A stretch of DNA of 64,000 bases, taken from contig OZ024753.1 in NCBI GenBank assembly GCA_964016885.1, positions 38,502,001 through 38,566,000 on the forward strand, given 5' to 3'. This stretch comes from Eledone cirrhosa. Taxonomy: Eukaryota. The notes beneath the pieces are model-generated. The model was given only the letters and a program-made list of their open reading frames with translations. It was not told the DNA's origin and searched no databases. The position numbers were made by a program, and so were the translations under genes. Of this stretch, positions 1-15,030 are shown piece after piece; within the stretch, counting starts at the first letter, position 1, and every line of letters starts with the position of its first letter.

Positions 1-303
1 CGACGACGAGTGTTCGAATTGTTCAAACAGCGGAATAGCCTGCTCGTGAAATTAACGTGTAAATGGCTGAGCATTTATTCCATTAATACTTGTGCCCTTT
101 ACGTAGTTCTCATGGAGATTCGGCACGACACAGTGTCCGAGAAAGCTGGCTCTCTGAATCACAGGTACAATTCATTTTTTTTGCGTGATGTGTGGACTAC
201 AGCAACATGATATAAAGTGTCATGATCAATGGCATTACGCACCCCCGAGAACTCACAACGTTACGATCCTAAGAAAAACACCTTAATCACTAAACTATGT
301 GTC
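1..303 (-). mobile_element. tRNA-derived SINE family B, diverged near-full copy (runs off window start)
   Basis: Reverse complement has a tRNA-like head (TAGTTTAGTGATTAAGG...GTGAGTTCTCG) followed by a body shared with copies at 16500-16630, 56553-56665 and 60010-60450 (e.g. GCCTGCTCGTRAAATTAACGTG). Confidence 0.75.
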
Positions 304-414
304 ATCACTGAAAGATGAAATAATTCAGCGTTCAAAGCAGAATTTTCGGGGCAAAATTGACAACGCATTCATTGGTTCAGGCTTGTAGTGAGTCCAAATT
401 CTTTCGCGAGAAAA

Positions 415-715
415 GTTACGCTCGACGAGCGATGAACAAAGATCGGAGAACGACGAGTGACAAACGACTGTCCACGAGCGACTAACAACGAACGATGAAC
501 AACGAACAACGGGTGACGAGTGATGATAGACGAGCAACAAACGACGAACAACGAGCGATGATCGAAAAAAGACGAACAACGATCGGCGAGTGACGAGCGA
601 CGAACGATAATCGACAAGTGACGAGCGGGGAGCGACAAACGACGAGCGAGATACGAACGACGAACGACGTTTGGCAAGTAACGAGATACGAACAAGGAAA
701 TACGAGGAACGTACG
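415..715. repeat. degenerate CpG-rich (ACGARCG/ACGAACA)n low-complexity tandem repeat
   Basis: Recurrent acgaacg, acgagcg and gacgagtga units seen directly. Confidence 0.7.
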
Positions 716-1063
716 ACACGTGTCTCCCTTCCACTTACATCTCTATGATAATACTTCGATCTTCATATCAGTGTCAACTACAAATCAAACATTACACCAA
801 TATAAAGAAAAGGAAACATTACCAGTAAGGTGACATATTCAGTTATCAGGTTGCTATTGTCTTTATTGTCTGTATTGTGTGTTCTGTGTGTTGTGTGTGT
901 TGTTTGTGTTCTGTGTGTTGTGTGTGTTGTGTGTGTTGTTTGTGTCATTTGTGTATTCGCTTGGTAATTAGTTTCTTTGCTACTGGATGCCTCTATTTAT
1001 GTATCATGTAGCTAACTAGAAAGCTGATAAGTTTTACACAGAAAACGGACGTAAATGTCATCT

Positions 1064-1137
<74 letters not shown>

Positions 1138-1249
1138 TTGTTTGTGTGTGCGTGTTTGTGAGTGTGTGTTTGCGTGTGTGTGTGTGTGTATATATCTTAT
1201 ATCTTCTAAGTAATGACTGTGATTTCGAAGTTTCAGCCTAGTGGCTTCC

Positions 1250-1499
1250 TTTGGTCGGAGGCCAGAATACAGCAGATTTCTTTCAGAGAAGGATAGAGAG
1301 AGTGAGATAGAGGAAGTGAAAAGGAGACACAGAGGAAGAATCGACCCAAGTAATAGACTGGTACTGTTTCTATTGACCTTAAATGGATGAAAGGCAAAGT
1401 TGACCACGTCGGGATTTGAACTCAGAGAGTAAAGAGCCGAAACAAATGCTATAAAACATTATATCCGACATTCTAACGACTAAGCCAATTCGCCGCCTA
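1250..1499 (-). mobile_element. tRNA-derived SINE family A, diverged
   Basis: Contains ACTGGTACT...GGATGAAAGGCAAAGTTGACC...GATTTGAACTCAG, shared with the 6830-7014 copy. Confidence 0.75.
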
Positions 1500-1549
<50 letters not shown>

Positions 1550-1554
1550 CACAC

Positions 1555-1618
<64 letters not shown>

Positions 1619-1619
1619 T

Positions 1620-1655
<36 letters not shown>

Positions 1656-1736
1656 TATATATATATATGTACATACATATATATATATATATACACACAC
1701 ACATATATATATGTACATACATATATATATATACAT

Positions 1737-1859
<123 letters not shown>

Positions 1860-2118
1860 ACCACATAGGCACACATATCACACTACAATACATTCAATGT
1901 GTTTATGTCCTCCATTTTCTGCTGGTGGTCAACATCAGACACACCGGAACCGGAACAAAATGATTTATAAAAAAAATTAACAAACATACAAAGAAAAGGA
2001 TATACAAAATCTCCTCCCCCTCCACCCAAAACAACAACAACATTACAACACTAAACAAACAACTAAACAATGAATAAATCAACAACAACAATGACAATGA
2101 CATTAACAAACAACGTTA

Positions 2119-2157
<39 letters not shown>

Positions 2158-2296
2158 TGTTTATACTTTTGGTACAAGGCCAGCAATTATCCCAGTGCAT
2201 TACTGGTACTTTATTTTATCGACCCCGTAAGGATGAAAGGCAAAGTTAACCTCGGCGGGATTTAACTCAGAATGACAAGGGCCGTAACTCTATGCG
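2119..2296 (-). mobile_element. SINE family A, 5'-truncated, with (ATT)n tail
   Basis: Near-identical to the 6830-7014 copy; the (AAT)n run at 2119-2156 is the 3' tail on the minus strand. Confidence 0.85.
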
Positions 2297-2733
2297 TCAA
2301 AGCAATAATAATAATAATACATACATACATAATACATACATACACGCATACATTCATATACACACCATATATAGATACATACATATATGCATACACCATA
2401 CATACATGCACCAAAGATATAAACATATAAGTATATATACACCATAATACATCATACGTACATACGTACATACGTACATACGTACATACGTACATACGTA
2501 CATACGTACATACAAACATATATACATATATACACCACATTACATACATACGTACATACATACATATACACATGCACACGTACATACATACATACGTACA
2601 TATATATATACATACATAGTACATACATACATACATACATATACACATACACACGTACATACATACATACGTACATATATATACATACATAGTACATACA
2701 TACGTACATACATACGTACATACATACATACAT

Positions 2734-2788
<55 letters not shown>

Positions 2789-3844
2789 CATGCATATATA
2801 CATACATACGTACATACATATATATACATACATTCAAAAATAAAGAAGGAAAAGTCATTCTTCTTGCATTGGTTGGTTGTTTGTCGTAGGAAACTTTAAC
2901 AGGGAATTTGTATTTCGTTTGTATTGAATTTCTTTCGACGCCATTTTGTTTTTGCGTTCGTCTTCCGTTTTTTGCTTTTGCTTTTCTTTGTATTTTCTTG
3001 TTTTGTGTTTTGTGTTTTGTGTTTTGTTTATCTATTGTTCTAAAGCAGTCTCTTATTCAATATTTATTTTTGTTGGGGAAGTCCGTATAATTAGCTGCCC
3101 AGACACGATCTGGAAACCACCCCTTTTGTAAAGTCAGCAGCCTAGCATGAAAAATAAATAAGTAAATAATAATAAATAAAAAAATAACTGAAGAAATAAG
3201 AAATGAAAAACAATAACAACAGCAAACAAAATAAAAACCCAGAAACCTCAAACAAGAGGGCGGAAGGAACCTTGTCAGGTATGAACGACAGACAAACGGA
3301 CAGACAAGAGAGAGAGAGAGAGTCTGAGGAAAGAGAGAAGAAAGAGTGTGTGATGTGTATGAGAGAGGGGGAGAGGTGATGCAGAGGAGAGAGTGAATGT
3401 GAGTTTGAGAGAGGAGATTATAGTGAGGGTGAGAGTGAGAAAATATGAGGGGAGTTAGTGTTTGTTAGAGAGGGGTGAGGAGTGAGAAGAGGAAAGAGGC
3501 GTAGGGAGAGGTGAGGAGAGAGAAAGAGAGTGAATGTGATATAGAGATGAGGGGAAAGAGAGGGGAGAGAAAGTAGAGAGAGAGAGAGGCCTTAAAACAA
3601 ATGGACAGTATATTTTACCACTTCAAACCAATGGAGTCTAAGACATTAGTCCCCCCCCCCCACTCTCTCTTATCTAAGTCTATCATGTCCAACGTATCTT
3701 TTTATTTTTTAAGATGGTAGGGCGGCATTTGAGAGAATTTGGCCGCCATTTTTAAGCGGCCGAGCGCTTAGAGGTTTTATAACTTCGGCCGGTATATTGT
3801 AATGTTCTGACAATATCTTGCTAATATTGTTAATTTTTTTCAAA

Positions 3845-4217
3845 TGGTGACAGAATCGTTAAAGAGTCGGACAATATGCTTTCCGTTCTGAGTTCAAATC
3901 TCACTGAGCTCAACTTTGCTTTTCATCCATTCGGGCTCACTTAAATAAAATACCAGTCAAGTACTGGGTTGATTTAATCAACTTTGCCATTCACTCAAAT
4001 TTGTCGTCCTTGTTCCTAAATTAGAAATCGGTGGATTGGCAGTATCGGTAGAGGGTCGGATGCTATGCTTTGCAGCATAGAGTTACGGCCGTTTATATTC
4101 TGAGTTCAAATCTCTCTATATATGATTTTCATCCTTAGGAGGTCGATAAAATAAAGTACCAGTAATGCACTGAGGTAATTACTGGCCTTGTGCCAAAAGT
4201 AGAAACAATTATTATTA
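3845..4217 (+). mobile_element. two head-to-tail SINE family A copies (3845-4028, 4029-4217)
   Basis: A-box-like TGGCAGTATCGG and B-box-like GAGTTCAAATC, body TTTCATCC...GTCGATAAAATAAAGTACCAGT, end AGTAGAAACAATTATTATTA. Confidence 0.8.
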
Positions 4218-4689
4218 GTTTTGTAGCCTTTGTTGTGGTTTACGTGGTTTGTGTTAGTGTTATTGTTGTAACAGATTAAACGCCTGGGTATTTGTTGTGG
4301 TTCTCTGTACGCTGAGTTCAAGTCCGGTTGAGCTCAACATGAACGCTCACCTTTTAAGGTCAATTGTATTTCAAGGACCATAACAGTTACAACAACAATA
4401 AGGAGGAACAACCACCATCGCTGTAAGCAGCAACCACCACCACAACCACCACCACCACGACCTCCACCACCCGACCACAACCACCACCACCCGACCACCA
4501 CGACCTCCACCACCCGACCACAACCCCCACCACCACCACTACCACCACCACCCGACCACCACCACCACCACCATCACCACCACCACCACCACCACCACCA
4601 CCACCACCACCAACAACAACAATAACAAGACAACAACAACAATAACAATGGCACTATCTATAACAACAGTTGACAAACAACAACAAAAA

Positions 4690-4770
<81 letters not shown>

Positions 4771-5044
4771 GTTGCTGCTACTGTTGCTGCTACAACAACA
4801 ATAACAAGTACCTCTACTACTACGTGCTTACGCCCCTTTATATAGTTGGTTTCAAAATGCGTGACTACTCTACATATAACATCAATTAAAAGCTGGCTTT
4901 CATTTCATCATCACATATCATCATCATCATCGTTATCATCATCATCATCATCGTTATCATCATCATCGTTAACATCATCATCATTGTCATCATCAGCATC
5001 ATCATCACAAACCACACCGTCTCAATAAACTGTTGTGTTTCCTC

Positions 5045-5075
<31 letters not shown>

Positions 5076-5081
5076 CATCAT

Positions 5082-5112
<31 letters not shown>

Positions 5113-5162
5113 TATAAAATATATATATATATACATATATATATACATATATATATACATAT

Positions 5163-5203
<41 letters not shown>

Positions 5204-5228
5204 AATATATATATACATATACGTATAT

Positions 5229-5297
<69 letters not shown>

Positions 5298-5303
5298 TAA
5301 ATG

Positions 5304-5350
<47 letters not shown>

Positions 5351-5476
5351 TCATCGACGTTAATCGATGATGATGCTATATATATATGTGTGTGTGTGTG
5401 TAAATTCTTTCTTCATTTCTAGTCAATTCTATGTTTTCTTTCTTTTTTTCGTTCTTTCGTTCTTTCCTTCTGTTTT

Positions 5477-5536
<60 letters not shown>

Positions 5537-6710
5537 TCGCCCCTTCAATAACCACGATGGCCATTTGAGGTTTCAATCAGAGGTCCATTGTAACACGGGT
5601 GGGTGGTTGGGCGGGTGGCTGACTGGCGACTGGATGGATAGAAGGGTGGAAGGGCGAGACTGTGTCCATAAAGCTTTGAATCGTCTTTAGAATATGAGGG
5701 TGGGTAGGGGCTGAAAGAGCTTGTGTGTGAGGGAGGGAGGGATGGATGGAGAGAGAGAGTGAGGGTTGAAGGGTGGGGGTTGGAGACTCAACAATGGGTG
5801 GCGGGGTGTGGTGCGGTTACTGGTGCGGGGTGGAGTGTGGAATAATCAAAGTCAGATGATATTTGTCATGATGATGATGATATTTATGTCTCCATCCTCA
5901 ACTAATAGTCTCGCCAAATCGATAGATCGATAATACACAAAACACATGCATTGGAAGTACACTCATACACGCATACACATATACTCATACATACATATAA
6001 TCATACATACACACATGTATTGGAAGTACACATTCACACACATACACATTCACACACATACACATATACACATAATATAGTCACACATACATGCATGCAT
6101 TTGAAGTTCACACATACACATTCATACACATACAAATTCACACACATACACATTCACACACATACACATATACACATAATATAGTCATACATACATGCAT
6201 GCATTTGAAGTTCACACATACACAATCACACATACACATATACATACATATACACATACATATACAAGCATATAATCATACATACATACATACATTGGAA
6301 GTACACGCAGTTTAACATGTACACAAATACACATTCACACATACACGCAGACACATACATACATATATACATTGAACATACATACAGACGTACATACATA
6401 TATATACATATACATACAAACATCCACACACACATACACTATACAAACATATACACATATATAATGTAAACATACATGCATATAAACAATACATACATAC
6501 ATGCAGACATACATACACATAAATATATACATACATACATAGCCATACATACATACACATATACACACACACATACATACACCCCCCCCCCCCCCACACA
6601 CCCACACACACACCCACACCCACACACATATATATATATATATATATACATATACTGCCAAGACTGGAATTGAACCATCAGCACAGTTGAGGTATGTCAT
6701 ACATCAATTT

Positions 6711-6782
6711 ATATATTTTATCTGATGAGGGCGTACTGAAAAAACTTCGCAGTACCTCCGAAATATATATAATAAAATATAT
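6711..6782 (+). ncRNA. type I hammerhead ribozyme, minimal palindromic stem III, intact core
   Basis: Stem I ATATATTTTAT (6711-6721) / ATAAAATATAT (6772-6782), 11 bp perfect. CTGATGA 6722-6728. Stem II GGGcGTACTG/CAGTACcTCC. GAAA 6760-6763, then TATATA and the UA cleavage site at 6770-6771. Confidence 0.85.
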
Positions 6783-6829
6783 TTTGATTACGCGAATGTC
6801 TATATTTATAAATATTTTGAATTAATAAT

Positions 6830-7014
6830 TGTTTCTACTTTAGGCACAAGGCCAGCAATTACCCAGTGCATTACTGGTACTTTATTTTATCGACCCCGTA
6901 AGGATGAAAGGCAAAGTCAACCTCGGCGGGATTTGAACTCAGATCGTAAAGGGACGTAACTATGGTGGAAAACATGGCGTCCGACTCTCCACCGATACTG
7001 CCAATCCACCGCCC
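6830..7014 (-). mobile_element. full-length tRNA-derived SINE family A with 14-bp target-site duplication
   Basis: Head GGCGGTGGATTGGCAGTATCGG...GAGTTCAAATCCCGCC on the minus strand; TTTGAATTAATAAT flanks both sides (6816-6829, 7015-7028). Confidence 0.9.
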
Positions 7015-7117
7015 TTTGAATTAATAATAACTCCAGAAATTTTTTTTGTTGAGTGCTTCTAATCTATTGTAAAACTATATTCATTGATTAATCAATGAAT
7101 CTTGCTTAACTTTTGGT

Positions 7118-7159
<42 letters not shown>

Positions 7160-7166
7160 TCACATT

Positions 7167-7229
7167 AATCAAAGTTCTGTTCAAACCATTTATTAGCTTA
7201 CAATTGTTTCATCCAAACCGAGGTTTAGA
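7167..7229 (-). mobile_element. partial copy of the HHR element at 12787-12861 (stem II, GAAA, stem III only)
   Basis: AATCAAAGTTCTGTTCAAA...GCTTACAATTGTTTC.TCCAAACCGAGGTTT shared with 12787-12848; lies next to (TA)n. Confidence 0.75.
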
Positions 7230-7382
7230 ACAACTGTAGAACAACTGATGTTGTTACATTGAGCTATTTATCTTACTGGTAATAAGGTAGTAATAAATTA
7301 CTGTCTTTCACTGTTTAGGGTTTAAAATATATATAACTATAAAAAGTTTTAGTATATACATAACCATAAATAGTATCCTTAA

Positions 7383-7466
<84 letters not shown>

Positions 7467-8060
7467 ACATCTATTCTGATGGTAGTTTTATATAGTTATG
7501 TTAACATTAAAAAAATGTTCAGATTTTGGAATTTCGCATAAAGGATTCTTAACCTGTAGCTGGACTGGGTTTTAGAGGGTAAAGCTTAACACAAACGCCT
7601 ACACATATACCTACACACATACAGACACAAATACACACTTACATGTGACAGAGAGACAGGGAGTGCGTGTGTGAGTGTGTGTGAGAGAGAGAGAGCGTGT
7701 GTATGTGAGTGTGTGTGTGTGAGTGAGGGAGTGTGTGTGTATGTGTGTGTGTGTGAGAGAGAGAGAGTGAGAGAGCGAGAGAGAGAGAGAGAGAGAGAGA
7801 GAGTGAGTGTGTATGTGTGTGTGAGTGTGTGTGTGAGAGAGAGAGTGGGTGTATGTGTGTGTGCGAGAGAGAGAGAGCGAGCGAGCGAGAGAGAGAGAGA
7901 GAGACTGTGTGTTTGTGTATGTGAGAGAGAGAAAGAGAGCGAGCGAGAGAGAGAGTGAGAGAGAGAGAGTGTGTGTTTGTGTGTGTGAGAGAGAGAGAGA
8001 GTGTGTGTTTGTGTGTGTGAGAGAAAGAGAGAGAGCGAGCGAGAGAGAGAGAGAGAGAGT

Positions 8061-8109
<49 letters not shown>

Positions 8110-8790
8110 TGAGAGTGTGTGTGTGTGAGAGAGATAGAGATAGAGAGAGAGAGAGAGAAAATACTGGAATTATTAATGACAACATTAAAGTCAGATACAC
8201 ACACACAAGAATTCACTCACTCATTTACACGCACACACACAGACACACATGCACCCTAACCCAACACACACATATACCTAGTCATATACACATACACAAA
8301 ACGATTAATACACAAAAACACGTTGAAATACACGTACCATTGTTTAAGAATTTTAAGTGAAAGTATTGCACACACACATACATGCACATACTTACACACG
8401 CATACATGCACACACACACACATACATGCATACACACACACATACATGCACACACACACAGACACACACACATACATGTACACACCACAGAGATGGCTAT
8501 ATGTAGACACATATATACACACACTGAAACAGATTCAAATGCACACTCACATACATATAGACACACACACAAAGACACACAAGGACACATACCCACATAC
8601 ATATTAACACACACACACACACACAACGACACATACTCTTAGACACACATACAAAGACAGACACACACACACATACACACAAGGACACATACCCACATAC
8701 ATATTGACACACACAAATACACCAAAGACACACACACACACATACAAAGACATACACACACATACACACATACACACATACACACATACA

Positions 8791-8829
<39 letters not shown>

Positions 8830-9122
8830 ACATACACACATACACACATACACATACAAACACACATCTATTCCTAAATCACCAGATTAGAGAAAATCAA
8901 AGGAAAAGAAAAGGAAGAGAAAAGGAAGAGAAAGCGACCCAACAAACAAAGAAGACGACAAATACAATGGCTGACCATTACAATTATTTTTGATAATCTT
9001 TGTTATCTCCCCTTTTCCTCTTTCCCTTCACTTCCGGTCAGTTGACTATGACAAGGATGAAAAGATTAACTGTAGGATATATATGTGCCTTAATATGGCG
9101 TTGTTATTGTTACTGCTGCTCT

Positions 9123-9156
<34 letters not shown>

Positions 9157-9479
9157 GCTGTCGTTCTTGTTACTGTTGTTGTTCTTGTTGCTGTTTTTAG
9201 TGTTGTTGTTAATGCTGTTGTCCTTGCTGTTATTGTTGTTGTTGGTGTTATTGTTGTTATTTTTGTTGTTATAGTTGCTCCTGAAGTCGTTGCTGTTGTT
9301 ATTACTGCTGCTGCTATTGCTGCTGCTGCTATTGCTGCTGCTGTTGCTGCTGCTGCTATTGCTGCTATTCTGGTTGTTGTTGTTGTTGTTGTAGCGGAAG
9401 TCGCCAGAAGGATACACATACATGATCTCAAGTCTGTCTCAGTATCACGGACGTTATAAGCTCTCAACTGGCCGCCACA

Positions 9480-10012
9480 TACCTCCACCATTCACCACCA
9501 TTCACCACCATCCGCCCCCATCCACCACCATCCACCACCATTCACCACCATCCACCACCATCCGCACCCATCCACCACCATCCACCACCATCCACCACCA
9601 TCCACCACCATCCACCACCATCCGCCCCATCCATTACCATTTACCACCATCCACCACCATTCACCACCATTCACCACCATCCACCCCCATCCACCACCAC
9701 CCACCACCATTCACCACCATCCACCACCATCCATTACCATTTACCACCATCCACCACCATTCACCACCATCCACCACCATCCGCCCCCATCCACCACCAT
9801 CCACCACCATCCACCACCATCCGCCCCATCCATTACCATTTACCACCATCCACTACCATCCACCACCATTCACCACCATACACCATCCACCAGCATCCAC
9901 CACCACCCACCACCATCCACCACCACCCACCACCATCCACCACCATCCGCCCCCATCCATTCACCATTTACCACCATCCGTCACAAATCACCACCATCCA
10001 CCACCATCCATC
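9480..10012. repeat. (CCACCAT/CCAT)n degenerate tandem repeat
   Basis: Direct inspection; it generates the HHHPPPSTTI pseudo-ORF. Confidence 0.9.
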
Positions 10013-10437
10013 TCCTTACTATATGTTCTCTATTTTGTGTATATCAGGGCTGGATGTGATTAGGAGCAGGTCACGGCAGACGAAATATAAAGCGGAAATC
10101 GTAACATAGGTTAATAAAACTATTTACAGAAAAGACTGGAATTATTAATAACAACATTAAAGGTAGGCACTCACACACAAATACTCTTTCGCATACATAC
10201 ATGCATACATACATGCATACATGCATACATACATACATACACACATACTTACATACATAGTCGAACACATATACACACATACACACTCGTACATATGCAC
10301 ACACGCTCTCATACATATACGTACACACATACACATACGTACAGGTTCACATATGCACATATACACATATACACATATATTTGTATACGCACACGTGCAC
10401 ATATACATATATATATAAACACACACACACACATATA

Positions 10438-10469
<32 letters not shown>

Positions 10470-10589
10470 CATACATATATTTCTAAAATATAATGTGCAA
10501 TAGAATGGTTCAATAAAATAATAAGGTGTGAAGTAAATTTAAAATAGAACAAACGGTCTTGGTCGTATATATATATATATATATATATT

Positions 10590-10870
<281 letters not shown>

Positions 10871-10979
10871 ATCTGTGAACGCAGAAGTAAATATTTCGAA
10901 AAACGTTCCAACCGAAGGAATACAGAAAGACGATACTTTGGTTCGTGGAAACGTTCCCTGGCAAAGAACGAAAAAAATA

Positions 10980-11060
<81 letters not shown>

Positions 11061-11064
<4 letters not shown>

Positions 11065-11258
11065 TATCCCGGGTTCAATCGGGGGTAACCACTGTAAGTA
11101 AGGTACTCAATACAAAGCAGAGTGTAAATATTTAATATAGAAAGGCTTCTACAGGACTAGAACTGTTTCATTCGGGAGAAATCATTAGGAAGCCCTACAC
11201 ATTTGAAGTACTTCCTGATGATTTCTCCCGAATGAAACAGTTCTAGTCCTTTGGAAGC

Positions 11259-11265
<7 letters not shown>
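11061..11265 (-). mobile_element. TA-embedded fold-back element family J carrying two inverted HHR copies
   Basis: Arms about 11136-11192 and 11211-11265. Minus HHR 11144-11194 reads GGCTTC CTAATGA tTTCtcccGAAt GAAA CAG..CTG TA GAAGCC. The plus arm has CTGATGA (11215-11221) and GAAA (11234-11237). (TA)n on both sides. Confidence 0.85.
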
Positions 11266-11303
<38 letters not shown>

Positions 11304-11357
11304 CACACACATATATATATAATTACATATACTATATATATATATATATAGTATATG

Positions 11358-11387
<30 letters not shown>

Positions 11388-11389
<2 letters not shown>

Positions 11390-11454
11390 ACGCATTGTTA
11401 TAACAAAGTGCTGCTTCGTCAAAAATGGGTTTGTTAGAAGGAAGATTCGAAATC
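11388..11454 (-). pseudogene. short Penelope-like element RT C-terminal fragment
   Basis: Translates ISNLPSNKPIFDEAALCYNNAL, paralleling ISSLSSNKGILDRATLYYKCML in the 47111-47635 fragment. Confidence 0.55.
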
Positions 11455-11721
11455 CAAGTACTAGTGTCTCCCTTCAACAATCTAATTAGAGTGATCTCCC
11501 TTGTCACCAAACTACCGTCATCTGCCGTGCAGAATCCAGTCAGCTTCTATACACTTTCATTTTCGCTTCTCGCTGCAGCCATACAAGGGTTGGAAATCTG
11601 TTCAGTGAAACGCACGTCCTTGAGTATGGTTTGGTAATTTGTTGTGGCACTAACTCTATACGAAACTCCTCTTTTACACTGAGTGCTCTACTTACAACAG
11701 ATATAACCTCCCGTTTTTTTA

Positions 11722-11816
<95 letters not shown>

Positions 11817-11843
11817 ATATATATATATTATATATATATTATA

Positions 11844-11881
<38 letters not shown>

Positions 11882-11884
11882 TAT

Positions 11885-11977
<93 letters not shown>

Positions 11978-12028
11978 TATATACATATACATATATACAT
12001 ACACACACATATATATATATATATATAC

Positions 12029-12099
<71 letters not shown>

Positions 12100-12814
12100 C
12101 ATATATATATATATATACGTATGTGTTCGTTCGAACGAATAATTAAACTCACACATGCATTGATTGGTTTTTAATCCATTTGTACATATAAAGGTATGTA
12201 TATATGTAAACTAAATATATATACATATATACATACATATATATATACACGCACACACACACACACAGACACACACATATATATATATATATTTATATAT
12301 ATATACATATATATATGTGCGTGTGTGTGTCAGTGTTTATATTTGTTAAATCAACAAGGACGTATCTCAAGCTAGCTAATGGCAGTATAATAGCTATATC
12401 CCTAAACCTAAATACCTTCACACTACTAAATCTATAATTTATCATAGTGGGACGACATTTTGTTTTTATAGTTTTATTTGTTATTCTTTTCGTTGCCAAA
12501 TTCCTATTTTGAAACTCCTTGTTGACAATATATAGGTGGGGTATATTTAAACAGTATTAAATCGGATATAGCCTGCCACCCCGAGTCAATGATGCTGTAT
12601 AGGTTTTTACTCAACATGTCAACTTCACAATGTCACCCAGTGTTTTATTTGTGGAGCCATGATGGTATGCATGCTGTCTATTTATATTCTTATATATGTA
12701 TTATTATGTGCCGATGTTTCGTATCGTAATGTCGTGAGTTCGAATCACTGTAGGGATTATATATATATGTATGTATAAGTTATAAGAATCAAAGTTCTGT
12801 TCAAATCATTTACA

Positions 12815-12861
12815 TGCTTACAATTGTTTCCTCCAAACCGAGGTTTGGATTCTTCGGAGCA
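12815..12861 (-). ncRNA. type I hammerhead-like fold (CCGAAGA core, U4C)
   Basis: Minus strand: TGCT CCGAAGA aTCCAAACCtcGGTTTGGAg GAAA CAATTG TA AGCA. Palindromic stem III, GUA site, 4-bp stem I. Confidence 0.65.
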
Positions 12862-13257
12862 ATTTATTAATGAATGATCACATATATGACCTCCTTTTCA
12901 ACCCAAGAGACATACATATGCAAACATTGTTGCTTGGTGGGTTGACATCCATTATAACATTTAGTGTGGCAGTATACATTTAAAGATTACATTCATATCA
13001 AAAGAGGATAAAATTAAAAATTAAGGTTAAAATACAACATGAAATTAATGCGATAGGATAGTCAGAATCAGTTAGTGTGTGCAATAGTTACACGTGTGGC
13101 AAGCACGTGTGTCTTATTTATATAATACTATAGTGCGGCAGTGTGTTACATGTAATACAAGCACTTAAACGGGTAATCAAGAGTATTAAGGGGGTTGAAC
13201 TGGTAATGAATCCTTTATATGAATGTGTAGAGAAATATTATAAATATTAGACACACT

Positions 13258-13404
13258 AGAAGAGGAAGACCAAGGTTAACGTATGTTGATGCCCTAAGGA
13301 CAGACACTGGTCTATTGGAGACGCAGGACATGGCAGCGATAATGAGGGACAGAGACCGCTGGAGAGAACTCGTCCATGGATCTCGGGAATTTTACCCGCC
13401 TTAG
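13258..13404 (+). mobile_element. 3' end of an RTE-group LINE ORF
   Basis: Open frame [48 protein letters not shown] matches the RGRP..TY.D...DTG...M.DR..WR pattern of RTE/RTEX C-termini. Followed by (TAGA)n/(TA)n; the terminal 21 nt recur at 46334-46354. Confidence 0.75.
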
Positions 13405-13423
13405 ATAGATAGATATATACATA

Positions 13424-13631
<208 letters not shown>

Positions 13632-13636
13632 TACAC

Positions 13637-13660
<24 letters not shown>

Positions 13661-13667
<7 letters not shown>

Positions 13668-13726
13668 TAATAGATTAAAGTTCAAGCAAAGAATCGGTGC
13701 TTTCACCCTTAACGGAATCTTCTGAA
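13661..13726 (-). mobile_element. family D fragment (single arm with CAGAAGA...GAAA core)
   Basis: Matches 14475-14540; flanked by (TA)n. Confidence 0.75.
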
Positions 13727-13740
13727 TATATATTAATATA

Positions 13741-13864
<124 letters not shown>

Positions 13865-14234
13865 AATTGGTGAGCAGAACAAACAAACATTAAACAATCC
13901 CTTAAATAAATTAAAAAATGTTTTAAATATCTACCTGTTCATGATGCTATTACCGGCGGTTTCCATTCACAAAAGATTGGAAATTCAGAGAATTTCCAAC
14001 GGAAAGTATATTTCATCAGATAGCTATTTCCTTTCTATAGGACATACGTCCAATGGTCTGCAAATATAATTCCAACTACCAGTCGTATGAGTTATAGCCA
14101 TTAAAGTGACCCACACGTGAGCTGGCCGCTAGAGCCTGCGGGAATATTACAGACTTGTTGATGGCTTGGCTGCTAAAAAAATAGCAACAACGTAAGCAAC
14201 AACGAATTTTTTTTCTCTACATTTTTATATATAC

Positions 14235-14656
<422 letters not shown>

Positions 14657-14658
14657 AT

Positions 14659-14981
<323 letters not shown>

Positions 14982-14983
14982 AC

Positions 14984-15024
<41 letters not shown>

Positions 15025-15030
<6 letters not shown>

